A stretch of DNA of 63,883 nucleotides, the filler included, from Phoronis australis (taxonomy: Eukaryota; Animalia; Phoronida), in NCBI GenBank assembly GCA_002633005.1. It is 6 parts of 6 records of this genome, joined end to end, with 100 filler letters (N's around TTAATTAATTAA, not from the genome) between each part and the next. Parts side by side here need not be neighbours in the genome. Positions count along the whole stretch, not along the records: positions 47,218 to 57,112 come from NMRA01001569.1; positions 57,213 to 59,944 come from NMRA01003464.1; positions 60,045 to 63,883 come from NMRA01001550.1; 3 more parts are not named here. One strand, written 5' to 3'. The notes under the pieces are model-generated. The model had not been told where the DNA came from and did not search any database. It was given only the letters and a program-made list of their open reading frames with translations. Made by a program: the position numbers and the translations under genes. Positions 51,545-63,883 of the stretch are shown here, piece after piece (within the stretch, counting starts at the first letter, position 1; every line of letters starts with the position of its first letter).

Positions 51545-52419
51545 NNNNNNNNNNNNNNNNNNNNNNNNNNNNNNNNNNNNNNNNNNNNNNNNNNNNNNNN
51601 NNNNNNNNNNNNNNNNNNNNNNNNNNNNNNNNNNNNNNNNNNNNNNNNNNNNNNNNNNNNNNNNNNNNNNNNNNNNNNNNNNNNNNNNNNNNNNNNNNNN
51701 NNNNNNNNNNNNNNNNNNNNNNNNNNNNNNNNNNNNNNNNNNNNNNNNNNNNNNNNNNNNNNNNNNNNNNNNNNNNNNNNNNNNNNNNNNNNNNNNNNNN
51801 NNNNNNNNNNNNNNNNNNNNTTGCCAAATAGTGAAATTTCCATGCATCCTGGTAAGTTTCTGGCACTTAACATGTCTCTTAAGATAATTTAAAACCCTTC
51901 TCAATTTCTTCACATGAACTTGGGTCATAAGTTTCGTGAAACCATATTTGTGTACATCTGGGTATGAGTCACACCACCAGCAAAAATTGTTGTTGGAACA
52001 TTTGCTTACATACACCTTTTTTACCATACGAAAAGTCGTATACGAAAATGTGGGCGTGTATGCAGGGGTTTAGACAACTTCCAAATATTCAAGAGCATAA
52101 GGAGCACCGACGGGGCGTAAAAACTTGAATATCAAATGATCGCATAACAGCAGCCTCAAGTTGTTTAAGAACGAAGACCTGTACTGTTAGTCCGGTAATA
52201 AACATGTGTTCTATCTCGTTACGAGAAAAACTGGCGAGCGATGGTGCTCTCAGCTCATAGTCTATTATTAAAAGCGACAATAAACAATTATGTATCACTT
52301 TATTAAGATGAATCACATTGACAACAATTGAAAAATGTCAAATGTGTCATGAAACAAACCATCTGAAAACAGTTTCACGAAACCAAAACATTCTGTACAC
52401 CGTGGTGAAAAGATATACA

Positions 52420-52685
52420 GTACCAGTTCGCAGAGGGACCAGGTGTACACTGAGAGTACACAAAAAGGCTGGCCTGGTCCGTCACGAGACCAAAAGTACA
52501 CCTGTGCTTATTATCCCTATAAAAATAGACCAAACAGTACTGGCTGAGATAAATAGTTTTATAAAGCACAAGTTGGTAAAAAACATCACAAGACTAGTTC
52601 GCCGAGGGACCAGAAGTACACTGAAACTCAATATCAACACAAATCAAGCTGGCCTGGTCCGTCGCGAGACCTAAAGTGTACTATG
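52420..52685. repeat. Two-copy diverged direct repeat
   Basis: AGTTCGC.GAGGGACCAG..GTACACTGA...GCTGGCCTGGTCCGTC.CGAGACC occurs at 52425-52500 and 52596-52680. Confidence 0.75.
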
Positions 52686-52739
52686 CAAAAATTTTGAATT
52701 GAAAACTTCTATCTAAACACTTTTTAATCCCCAGTTGTT

Positions 52740-53345
52740 GCTCATTCGTGTATTTTACAGATCTGGTGGTCAATTGCTGCGAGATGTTGTCTAGGAAGGG
52801 TTTTCGCACGGTTCTGTAGTACTCACTGGAAGAAACAAATATTGAGTACAGATTTAACTGCTCATTACGTGAAATAGATTTTGGATATGAAGAAGATAGA
52901 GCCAAGTGGCAATACAAACCAGAATCAGTTTATGTGCGCTCATAGACCCTCGGCTGTACTGGGTAAATTTGGCATGACGACAAATAATTTCTATTTCGTT
53001 TTATTGTACACAAGCATAAAAACCGACATTATATACGAACTGTGTAGAATTATAATTTAGTACCTGGGTGTTTCTCCAGGAACGTTAGTCCTATCCTTCT
53101 GTTGTCTAGACTGCCGAGGAATCTGTATATCGGATCCAATGGTTTGCCGTCTTAGAATCATTCTACCCAGATATCTTCGATGTTTGTTCCAAACGCTTGC
53201 ACTTCGTCAACTGCTGTGTCAATGAGCTTGTAAGCCTCTACAATGTCAGCATCTCGTTTCGCAGATCAGTTGGCACTAAGCCTCCTGAGGTTACCAAGTC
53301 CATTCAAAAGACTTACATGCGCAACTAAATTTGGTCCGTTCATCA
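52740..53345 (-). pseudogene. hAT transposase relic (PRKRIR/THAP12/ZMYM1-like clade) with a retained intron
   Basis: LLNGLGNLRRLSA..KRDADIVEAYKLID...IQIPRQSRQQKDRTNVPGETP, then intron GTACTAA...TTCCAG, then SEYYRTVRKPFLDNISQQLTTR; contains stops and frameshifts. Confidence 0.75.
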
Positions 53346-53661
53346 TGAACTACTTCAAACCTTGACGATGTATCCCAGGACCTATTTGCATGTCTTGCAA
53401 TTTTCTAAATAAACGCCACAATGTCTGAATGTCTGAATGTTGAAACCCGAAGTACTAACATCAAATAAATGCCAATGGGCATGGGCGTTTCATCAGGGGG
53501 GGGGGTTTCTGCGGAAATTCCCAGAAGACGGCATTGGTGCTTATTGCAGGTAGAAAGACGGTAGGTGGTGAGGTCAGAACTAGGTTTTCTCAGGAGGCCT
53601 ACTGAACATCGCACGAGTCCCGCAAGACTTTGTTGTGATAATGTACACTGTTCGCGAATGC

Positions 53662-54795
53662 GGTCACTTTGTCAATGTGAGGGCCCCCTTGGTCACTTTG
53701 TCAGTGTGAGGGCCCCCTTGGTCACTTTGTCAATGTGAGGGCCCCCTTGGTCACTTTGTCAATGTGAGGGCCCCCTTGGTCACTTTGTCAATGTGAGGGC
53801 CCCCTTGGTCACTTTGTCAATGTGAGGGCCCCCTTGGTCACTTTGTCAATGTGAGGGCCCCCTTGGTCACTTTGTCAATGTGAGGGCCCCCTTGGTCACT
53901 TTGTCAATGTGAGGGCCCCCTTGGTCACTTTGTCAATGTGAGGGCCCCCTTGGTCACTTTGTCAATGTGAGGGCCCCCTTGGTCACTTTGTCAATGTGAG
54001 GGCCCCCTTGGTCACTTTGTCAATGTGAGGGCCCCCTTGGTCACTTTGTCAATGTGAGGGCCCCCTTGGTCACTTTGTCAATGTGAGGGCCCCCTTGGTC
54101 ACTTTGTCAATGTGAGGGCCCCCTTGGTCACTTTGTCAATGTGAGGGCCCCCTTGGTCACTTTGTCAATGTGAGGGCCCCCTTGGTCACTTTGTCAATGT
54201 GAGGGCCCCCTTGGTCACTTTGTCAATGTGAGGGCCCCCTTGGTCACTTTGTCAATGTGAGGGCCCCCTTGGTCACTTTGTCAATGTGAGGGCCCCCTTG
54301 GTCACTTTGTCAATGTGAGGGCCCCCTTGGTCACTTTGTCAATGTGAGGGCCCCCTTGGTCACTTTGTCAATGTGAGGGCCCCCTTGGTCACTTTGTCAA
54401 TGTGAGGGCCCCCTTGGTCACTTTGTCAATGTGAGGGCCCCCTTGGTCACTTTGTCAATGTGAGGGCCCCCTTGGTCACTTTGTCAATGTGAGGGCCCCC
54501 TTGGTCACTTTGTCAATGTGAGGGCCCCCTTGGTCACTTTGTCAATGTGAGGGCCCCCTTGGTCACTTTGTCAATGTGAGGGCCCCCTTGGTCACTTTGT
54601 CAATGTGAGGGCCCCCTTGGTCACTTTGTCAATGTGAGGGCCCCCTTGGTCACTTTGTCAATGTGAGGGCCCCCTTGGTCACTTTGTCAATGTGAGGGCC
54701 CCCTTGGTCACTTTGTCAATGTGAGGGCCCCCTTGGTCACTTTGTCAATGTGAGGGCCCCCTTGGTCACTTTGTCAATGTGAGGGCCCCCTTGGT
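53662..54795. repeat. Minisatellite: 39 head-to-tail copies of 29-bp GGTCACTTTGTCAATGTGAGGGCCCCCTT
   Basis: 1131 bp / 29 = 39 units plus GGT; only one variant seen (A>G in copy 2); no spacers; ends at an N. Confidence 0.97.
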
Positions 54796-56271
54796 NGGCA
54801 TTGTTACCTATGACATTTACCTGTGCTCGTGAAATAAAATTAATCAATTTAAAGTTTTCCTTGTAAAAGAATATAATATTTTGTGTAACCGAGAAAGTTC
54901 TTACTTTTGGCAGAATGTCGCCTTTCCGTTGACCACTTTTGCCACTCATGAAATTGACATACCCTCATATACCATTGTGATTTCCTTCGCGACATTGCTG
55001 CATTTTTTATTCGACTAGAAAGAAAGAATAAGGTGTTCGTGAGTTTTTGAGGTACACGCTATTAAAAAACAGATATTGCACGCTTTTGGATGTTACGCCA
55101 ACAGTAATATCCTGTTCCACAAGAAAATGTGGCCAGGAATTTTTGTGTGTTACGGCGAGTGTTTTCACATGGACCAATTAAGGTGCCACCTTTTTATCCG
55201 TATGACCTTCTTTTCAACTGCGTTGTCCCGCTTGTTAATTCTTGTATCTTGGCATCTATGCAACAGGTGTTCCAAATAGTATTGTCTCTTTCATATGAAA
55301 ATATACCTTCCACAGTCCACTCTCTTTAGTAACGTAACAATTGTAAAATGTGTTCCAAATGTCTCTGGTTTACTGTATTACTATTACTATTACTATTGTT
55401 TACTCGATCAAGAAATGAGTTCATTTCTAAATGTCTTCGTATAGTCCTAGTACACTGCAGCCAATGTAATCAGCTATTCACAGTACATTTCAGAGCTACA
55501 CAACTGGTGTTTGCCCATTTTTATCTGTCAGAATATGTTTACTGTAAATTATACGCCTAAGTAGTTGGAATAATCACATTTTTTGTAAATTTTGTTGCAT
55601 TCTGAATTTTTACTAAAGAAGGTAATTGTATCGAACAGCATCAAAGGTCCAATTAAAATATAAAGATGTATAATTTCGGATTAGTGCCTGATTAAATTCT
55701 TCACAGGAACTGTGAGAAATCCATATTCTAAAATTTTTGTCTTTTGTCTGATTGAAGTTGTCATTTCATTCCTTCAGTCGTATGACTTAACCTTTGCAAC
55801 AGAATTTGGTAATGACAGATATACTTCGTCATCGTGAAAAGTGTTAAAGAGTGGTTGTTACAGGGTGTACCACGGTTTACAAAAATGCAATCATGCACTG
55901 TGATTTGACTGGAAAAGGAAATACACGGACGAGATTTTAAATTCATGTTTACAAATGTTGTTGATATCGCTTGAAATGTTTACAGACCCATCATTTGGAT
56001 GATCACCATTCTTTGGAGGTGTTTGTTTTAGAACTAGCCAAATTACGTAATTGACTTTACGTAAGTGGAAGGTGACCGTACAAATATAAAATGTGTGATT
56101 GTAATTTGAGTGTTACCTCGTGAAAGCCATTCGCTTACTCGTGCTGTGTCAAGTCTATAAAATCTAACATTGCATTATTCTCCCATGATTTTTAATTATG
56201 GGACCCCCCGATACACGTTGGAGATTCAAAGAAAGATACAAAAACATTTTGAAATGAAATAACATTGAGAG

Positions 56272-57112
56272 ATGTTAATGCTGGCCCAACTCTTTTCAGC
56301 GCAACTTGACGATGAGGAGCAACGGTTGGCGTCAGAACTACGGCAACTTTCTGAAGAAGATAGAGGTTCAGTATTAGGTGGTGAGATCCTTCAAAAAATG
56401 GGTGACGTTTACATGAAGCGAGGCTTATTGCAGGAATGTGCACAGCATTTTGTTACGACCTCGGCGTTATACAATGCTGCGTTAATGCGATATAATCAGT
56501 CTGGGATGAAACATCAAGTTGAAGCGTCACTGGAACAAAATGAACGAGCATTCTACAATATGATTTCAATATCAAATCATAAAATTCCAATGGAGTTTAG
56601 GTGTGAAATCAAAGAAGAATTGGACCGCATCAGGAAAGATATTACTCCGACAGCAAATCAGGTACTAGACAAATTTGCTAAAAACCTAAACTTGGAAGCA
56701 GGAAATGAAGAAAGAGTGATGGTGGAAAGGGGATTTGTTAAGGAAACTAGGGATGCTTTTGAAGGTTTGTGTACCAATTTGAAAGGATTTCACAACAGTC
56801 TTCTATCAAAATGTCAAAGGATATTAGGCCCACCTCCCCAGGACTATACTGCCATGGCCATGGGATCATTATCAAGGGGAGATGCAACACCTTATTCAGA
56901 CTTGGAGTGGGCCATTTTGGTAAAAGATGACTCTCAAGATCTCGAGTACTTCAGAAACATGGTTCGACTTATGCACATATTCGTTTTAAACATTGGAGAA
57001 ACAAATCTGAGGACCATGAATATTAAATCACTCAACGATTATTTCACACCTGGTGGGAACTGGTTCAGTGACACTGTTGTAGTTAGGGGTGTGGAGTTCG
57101 ACAGTGCTGCGC
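56272..57112 (+). CDS. Helical/TPR-like N-terminus plus GlnD/GlnE/DUF294-like (Pol-beta superfamily) nucleotidyltransferase, 3'-truncated by the contig end
   Basis: Stop-free 280 codons. YTAMAMGSLSRGDATPYSDLEWAILV fits hGS-x-x-R-x-[DE]-x3-SD-x-[DE]-hhh. N-terminal LQKMGDVYMKRG...SALYNAAL is TPR-like. A likely splice acceptor (CTCTTTTCAG at 56299) suggests the exon starts at 56300. Confidence 0.82.
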
Positions 57113-58315
57113 NNNNNNNNNNNNNNNNNNNNNNNNNNNNNNNNNNNNNNNNNNNNTTAATTAATTAANNNNNNNNNNNNNNNNNNNNNNNNNNNNNNNN
57201 NNNNNNNNNNNNAACTGAAATGGACATAGATATCTAAGCTTGGCCAGCTAAAGGCTGAAAGTAGTGCTTTCCCTTGTGGTGTAGCTTGATCTTTAGTAAC
57301 AGGCAGAGGAATGCCTATTGTTACCCAAGCCTACAGTTTAAACATCTCCACAATAGATCTTTATTATGAAAGTCAATGCAGGCACAATAGGGTAAGGTAT
57401 ACAAAATCAGATAAGAGATAATGATCCCCTATAGCAGAGCTGAACAGGCTGACCCATATGTGACCTAACAATTTCAAATTGGAAATTTGAAGGGGAAATA
57501 TTAAATTAACATAAAAGAAGTCAATACAAAACTTGTGCAGAATTTAATGGAGAATTTCACCATATATAAGTCTTTATCATAGCCTTGGTGTTCAGAAAGT
57601 AAACTGATCCACTGTCATCCTCTCCCGTATGGCTCCAGCCATATAATGAAACTATGTGTGTACACTTACATAAACCTGCCAATATCTCCCAAACTAGTAA
57701 TCACAGCCATATGGTTTAAATTGGAGAACAGTAGAGGAAGTTGTGAAGTATGGAATGCTCATGGTCACATATCTAAACAACATTCAAGGGCTCTTTAATA
57801 CAATTTCTGAATGAAAATCACAAGTGTCCTGGGGTGAGTGCACTCTCCTAGCGCAGCCCAGCTGTAACTTATTATAGTCGATTGAGTACACCCAACGCAT
57901 TTTAATAGGATAATTGGCATGTCGGCTGACCTCGCCTAGCGCAGGATAAGGGTTAATTTGTGGATAATTTTAAAATTGTTAATTTATTGAAAGTAATGCA
58001 GTCAATCTATATAATCTGTTTATAGTTGAAAGCATATGCCTTGAAATGCTTTAACAGTTTTCAAATTTCAAACACATGTTTTTGTTGCTATGCTCTTTTG
58101 CTTGTGTTTGTTCATTAAAATTTTGATCTGGTGTAACAATGGCTAGACCACTGTGAGCATTTAAAGTGGTACCAACTTAATGCTTTGGTACTTTTTCTGA
58201 TATTAAGTCCAATGTGGCTGGAAGTAAAGGACGTCTTACATAAACACCATAATATCCAAATGTACAAATTATAACTATTAATGCTTTGGAGGGTGTACAA
58301 ATTTCATTTCTGTAG

Positions 58316-58512
<197 letters not shown>

Positions 58513-59063
58513 ACCATTTAAAGCTGTAGCAATAATTTTGGCTTCTCTCAAAAAAGTAAAATTTGATTTAGAACATCCACCATTTCAAATCTGGTCCCAA
58601 TATGTACCTTTCTGAGAAGAGATTTCTGGGCTTGGGAAGTTTTGTTATTTTGTTATTACTTGAGACTAGGACCCTTTGTTTCGTGAAAAGTGACTTAACA
58701 CTTAAGACAGATGTTTGGTCTGACACTCCTGCGTCATAATTGCTGAATAAAGATTTAGTGGAGGAATAATGAGCGCATCACAGTCTACAAATATATAGAC
58801 ATCTCAGTAACTAGCAGTCATGTGTTTATTCTCAGAGATGTTGTGCTGTTGCTCAAATGAGATTAAGTATATTTCATAGTCGTGTGAAGCCTAAGACTAT
58901 ATTTCTAACTCAAGTCCTATTAAAGTCAGTTTTCATGAAGCAGGCCTCAGGCTAATAAGTTAGCTTGACACAGCATGTTATTTTCTGCATCAATCATGGC
59001 CTCTAGCAATAACATAATGTGAGATCATCCCAAGGGCAGAAATCTTTTCTCTAGGTCAGAAGT

Positions 59064-59112
59064 CACTTCTCAAGGTCAAATTTCACTTCTCAAGGTCAAA
59101 AATCACTTCTCT
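59064..59112. repeat. Short 20-bp-period tandem repeat downstream of the AGPS stop
   Basis: TCACTTCTCAAGGTCAAA about 2.5 times. Confidence 0.7.
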
Positions 59113-62100
59113 TCTGAGAAAAGTTCAAAATGAATTCAGTCTTATAATGGAAGGTGGGCTATTAACTGAGCTTGGATTTATAGCTCCAGTAAGTGTAGAC
59201 AGTGATATGGTGGTTGTGACGCTTGGATTTGGTCACTTACATTCACCTGCCAGGTTATGTTGGGTCACAGAGTTCTCACTTATTAGACAGGTGCCGTGAC
59301 ATGTTAGTGTAGTTTTTGTAGTTGCATGTCATTGGGCTGGCTCTGTCCACAGAGTATTCCAGTCACTTTCTAACTGGAAGCAAGGTTGCAAACATTTCAC
59401 GTAGAATTTGAAATTGGGAAATGGGAATTTTAGTGGTTGGTATGACACAATCATGTAGAATGCTATTTTTTCATTTTGATGTCGTGATGCCTAAGGTACT
59501 AACTAGAACATTTTTGCATGAAGACGACGGAGGCTTTTTAGATGTGCCTTTTGTAACTGATGAAAGTTGTTGATACGTTATGTATGTTGGATTGCATTGT
59601 TTACTGTAAATTTGTTAACTGTAGCGCACTACTTAGTGTGTTCATTGTAAAATTTGGGAGACTCGTTCTCTTGTTGGAATATTATTGTTTCATGTTATTG
59701 TGTTATCTAAAAATGATAACAGAAGATCAGTGCAATGCGCTGACATGCATGGCCTGCACGCGTCTAGTACAACGTGTATCAGACCGCCTGCAGTTATATT
59801 GTGTTATCTATGAATGAAAACAGCACCTGAAAGGTTTGGTTAACAATTAATGTCCCGAGTGTGTAAATTGGACTATAGGTGCAAATGTTAACTGATGAAA
59901 CTATCATTACTTTGTTGATGTTTTGTTTCTTAATCATGTTTTTTNNNNNNNNNNNNNNNNNNNNNNNNNNNNNNNNNNNNNNNNNNNNTTAATTAATTAA
60001 NNNNNNNNNNNNNNNNNNNNNNNNNNNNNNNNNNNNNNNNNNNNCATGATGTTAAATAATGATTAACACAGCTATAATTAACCAATCAGGTTCAGCGACA
60101 ACGAGTAAGGTCATGTACGATCCAGAAGTTCAGTTCCGTTAAATTTGTGACTTTGAGTCAATTAATTCGTTTAGCATATGGCATAATCCTTATTGGGACT
60201 GGTTAAACAAACACTGACTGAAATATCATTCATAATTACTTTTTACTAATAAATCAAGTTTAATTGTTTAAGAACAAGTCAATTTATCTGATCGCAAATA
60301 CATTAGCCCAACTTTGATGTAACTTAAAAATATTTTGTCACAATTGATAAATATGCAAAGCTCAATTAAAGATTTATTTTTGAACACTCCTAACTATATG
60401 CTAATGTATACCGGGAAGGTACAGGAACCAAATGACAAAAACGCTATTCTAAGTTTCTAACACAATCTACGCTAAACTTAAGTGCAGTTGTATTCATTGA
60501 CAACTCGTAAATGTGAAAAGAAAAATTCTGCAAATAGGTGACCTTTGCACTAATGATATACCTCACGGGCTCACATAGCCTACATCATGCAGCGTTAATC
60601 CCCAGCACCATGTTATGATACTTACTGGACACGGTTCAGTGACTTGCGGTGGATCATTTTGGCCACATAACTCATTCTTAAATTTTTCAACGTATTTCTT
60701 ATTCACATCATCGCTAACTGTTGTGTTTCAAACTAATTTGGCCAAGCAACGGGAGAGATAAGAACTTAGCCTGCAAGTTCCAATTTAAAGCTTATATTAT
60801 ACCCAAAAGATGTACATGACATTTTCTGATAATCTAGAAGGAAATTTTCTACATATAAACCTTTCAAAGTACATGTTGCCAGCATAGTAAGTAGAGATAT
60901 TGACAATTCCTTTTTGGTAAATGGCAGAACAGACGGAAATGTCTTGTTCATACATCAGGGTTTCCAGGCACAAATCACACTCAAACACACATACACATAA
61001 CACAGGCACAGTACAGGTGAAGGGTCAAGACGTAAGGTGTACATTAAACAACACACTGCTAATCGCTGGTTTACTGTGTGTATGTCATAAAAAAGACGAA
61101 GAAATACGGGCGCCGGCTAGGAAAGCATTGGATTATCGACATGTATAACTGTGTTAAACTCACCACAGACTTCTTGAAGAAGTAGAGTGCCAAGGGAGCA
61201 CACGGCTGCAACCGTCGCCCACGACATTTCGTTCTGACTCACTAGTGGACGCTGTCAAAGGCAAGATTTAGTTCAATAAAACAAGCGTGACGTCACTTGA
61301 GAAACATTGCCCTCTGACGTGATTGTTGTAAACTACTTTGAAAAAATATTCAGTCGCTAAGTACATATCTACACCTGAAACTGATACATTCTGAAACTTA
61401 AAATGCACCTTTGTATCTCTTTTACTGTATAAAATCTAGTTTATTCCAATATCTCTAAGTAATGTCTCAAATTAGACATGAATTCGTTCCCTTGTTGAAC
61501 CTGTACTCTTTAACTTTAGGAAATAACAAAGTACAATCTTTTTCCGGCTAAAAAGCATGGAAAAACAGGTAAGACAAATGCGACACAGTAAAATCAAGGG
61601 GCAGTTTTCTAAAGGAAAACGGAGAAAAAAGGAGCAGCATCCATTTGGAAAAGCAGAGAAACAATGGAAGGTTGAGGAACGGGAAGCCGAAGAACTGAAG
61701 TTACGTTATGGCACGGTGAGTACAATGAATAAGTATAAGCAGCTAGGCCTAGCCAGCCTGCTAGTAGGGTGAGCAAACCAAAATTTCAAGTTTAACAAAA
61801 TTCCATGAAGAGGCATTCAAATAAAAGCCCTCATTGAGTATAATTTGCTGCTTTTTGAATTTTTAAAAACGGTTGAGGGGTTTTGATGCTACAGGCATTT
61901 TTGTCACCCAAAAATAGGCCCTTTTTCTGGAATTCGGTGTTTAAAATTCGGAATTGTGGTCAACCAAGAGTTTAAGCTTGAATTATTTTAACAATATAGT
62001 TTATAAACTGCTAAAAATGAGCGAACTTGTTCTTACTGTCTTGTATTTTAAAACTAATCAGCTAAATTTGTGAGAAGTTGTACCTGTGATAATTACTAAG

Positions 62101-62374
62101 TCTAAGGTGTTCAAAATTGGAAAAAAACAACTCGACTTTTTTCTGGTTTGTGACGCTGCATTTTTCATTCTGAGTGCAACTTCAAGACCCTATATTTTAA
62201 AAAAGGACACACATAGAACTCTGAAACTTTCAGGATGTCATAACATCATCATAGAAAGGTCACTGAAACATTAATGCTCCTGTATTAGTAAATGCATATT
62301 CAAAAAAGTAATTTTAAATTTTAAAAAATCTCAAAATTGAACAATGTTGTAGAATCGGCAACTTTTCACGATTT

Positions 62375-62770
62375 ATTGAATGTAGCTTGCTATATATCAA
62401 AAACCGTTAAAGATTTTTGCCCAATTCTTTTTTTACCATGTTGTTCTAACACTCAGACATCATGTTAACACCTATAACAGGACATTAAATTTGAAAAACT
62501 TATTAGAATTTGAAATTGAAAAACCTACTAAAATTATAAAATTTTAACGTTTGCGGCATGTGTGACGTTATATCTCAAAAACCGTACAAGATTTTTGCCT
62601 AATTTCTTTTCCTATGTCACTACTAACTCTCAGTCATCACTTTGACACCTAACACAGCTCAGTGAATTGGAACATAAATAAAAAAATTGAAAATAAACTC
62701 ATGAAAAACCATTACTTTTTAATGTCCTCGGGTGCGCATTTTGCCATAACTCCAAAATCCTCCAAGATTG
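62375..62770. repeat. Diverged ~178-bp tandem units typical of subterminal arrays of non-autonomous DNA transposons
   Basis: ATAT.TCAAAAACCGT..AAGATTTTTGCC.AATT at ~62392 and ~62570, with a weaker third unit at ~62745. Confidence 0.6.
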
Positions 62771-63883
62771 CTCTAATTTAAGTCTGTAGAACTAAATGCT
62801 CTACCACCATATCAACACCTAAGCATTTCACTTTTCTGTAAATAGTTCAAAGTCCAAATACCAAATCTACTCTTGACTCCACAAAATGAAAATAGACATC
62901 CTGTGTTCCATTTTCCTACGTTTTGCTTTTAAGTTAACTATTAACTGATCTTGTTTAACTGCTATGTGTGCCTATGTGTCTACTTTAGTGTTGTTTTTGG
63001 TATTATGTTCTGTACTTATGTTGTATTAGAGTTGCAGTTGAATAAGTATTGGTTTTCAACATAAAAATGGCTTACACAGGGAACCGATGTGATCAAACAT
63101 TCGAAGAACACTAAGAGGTAGGGATAGTCCTGTCAGTAATGATTGGTTCTAATTCACAGTTGCCTGCTAAGTTGGAAGGTTCTGACAGTCACAGTCATTC
63201 AGTCACGATAACAACTAAATCTCATTGATGACGACAACAAATTCATTAAATTATTAGCAACACAGTTCAAGAATTATTGGAATAAAATCCACCCGACACC
63301 AACCCAACTGTATTGTGGGTTTGTAATGAGTACCTCAAGAAGTGATCGTCGTAGATTGAACATTTTTTGTATTTTGTAACGAACCATATGTCTAATTGTT
63401 TCAATCTATTTGCAGGGTTTGATATATTGTTTGGCTTTCACTGAAAAAATAATGAGCAGGTCTCTACAGTATGATGTACAACTGGCCCATATATTGCTAC
63501 AGGATGGAGTGGTTCCTCGAACACGTGGATCCTCAACACCGTCATCCTCTTCTGCTTCATCACCATTATCCGTCTCATACTCAGTCAACCTCCTCCAAGT
63601 CGTCCAAGAGCACAAACAAGCACACTGCCGCCATAGATGCCATAGCTTATCATATTTTGGTGTAGCGTTATGCTTTGAAACACGTCTATGAATTTCTGGT
63701 AACATAAAGGTGTTTCACACGATTGCTGAGGACAATAGGGACATCGACACTTGGAAATGAGGTGGCTGAGAGGAATGTCGCTTGCATAGTTGCCAACATT
63801 CAGAATGAAAAACCACCAGGAACATGCGTATCTAGGCCATACTGCAAGGGAGAAAGGTCTGCTGCAATAAACATCCAGAAATA

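Noticed and set aside
51464-52027. Long ORFs across 51.5-51.8 kb
   Set aside because: Open only because of a 276-N gap and a (GT)n tract.
53662-54795. CRISPR array (29-bp palindromic repeat)
   Set aside because: Units are directly adjacent with no spacers, there are no cas genes, and the context is eukaryotic.
57113-57168. C-terminal 'X...LIN*' of the NTase ORF
   Set aside because: Translation of Ns and the linker; the true C-terminus is missing.
63200-63883. Possible coding relic at the window end
   Set aside because: Short broken frames with no motif I can recognise; left uncalled.

Overview
AT-rich, intron-containing eukaryotic DNA, most consistent with a marine invertebrate draft assembly (inferred from gene content and TE families; the species cannot be read from the sequence). 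It is not one locus: five identical 100-nt artificial joints (44 N + TTAATTAATTAA + 44 N) split it into six contigs (1-29781, 29882-40576, 40677-47117, 47218-57112, 57213-59944, 60045-63883). Most ORF-track entries are spurious. Four host-gene fragments can be rebuilt by hand. (1) A four-exon FAM111-like trypsin-fold serine protease with an intact H-D-S triad (minus strand). (2) Three exons of an astacin metalloprotease. (3) The last exon of AGPS, which here has a C-terminal extension ending in SKL (PTS1). (4) A long uninterrupted ORF encoding a helical/TPR-like N-terminus plus a bacterial-type GlnD/GlnE/DUF294-like nucleotidyltransferase; this is the best candidate for an uncharacterised system. 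The rest is decayed transposon sequence: two Kolobok-like elements (one inserted at a TTAA inside an Academ element), a second Academ fragment, Polinton/adintovirus-type PolB, Merlin and hAT remnants, LINEs, a tRNA-derived SINE, MITEs and a near-perfect 39 x 29-bp minisatellite. All family assignments come from motif recognition by eye, not from database searches.
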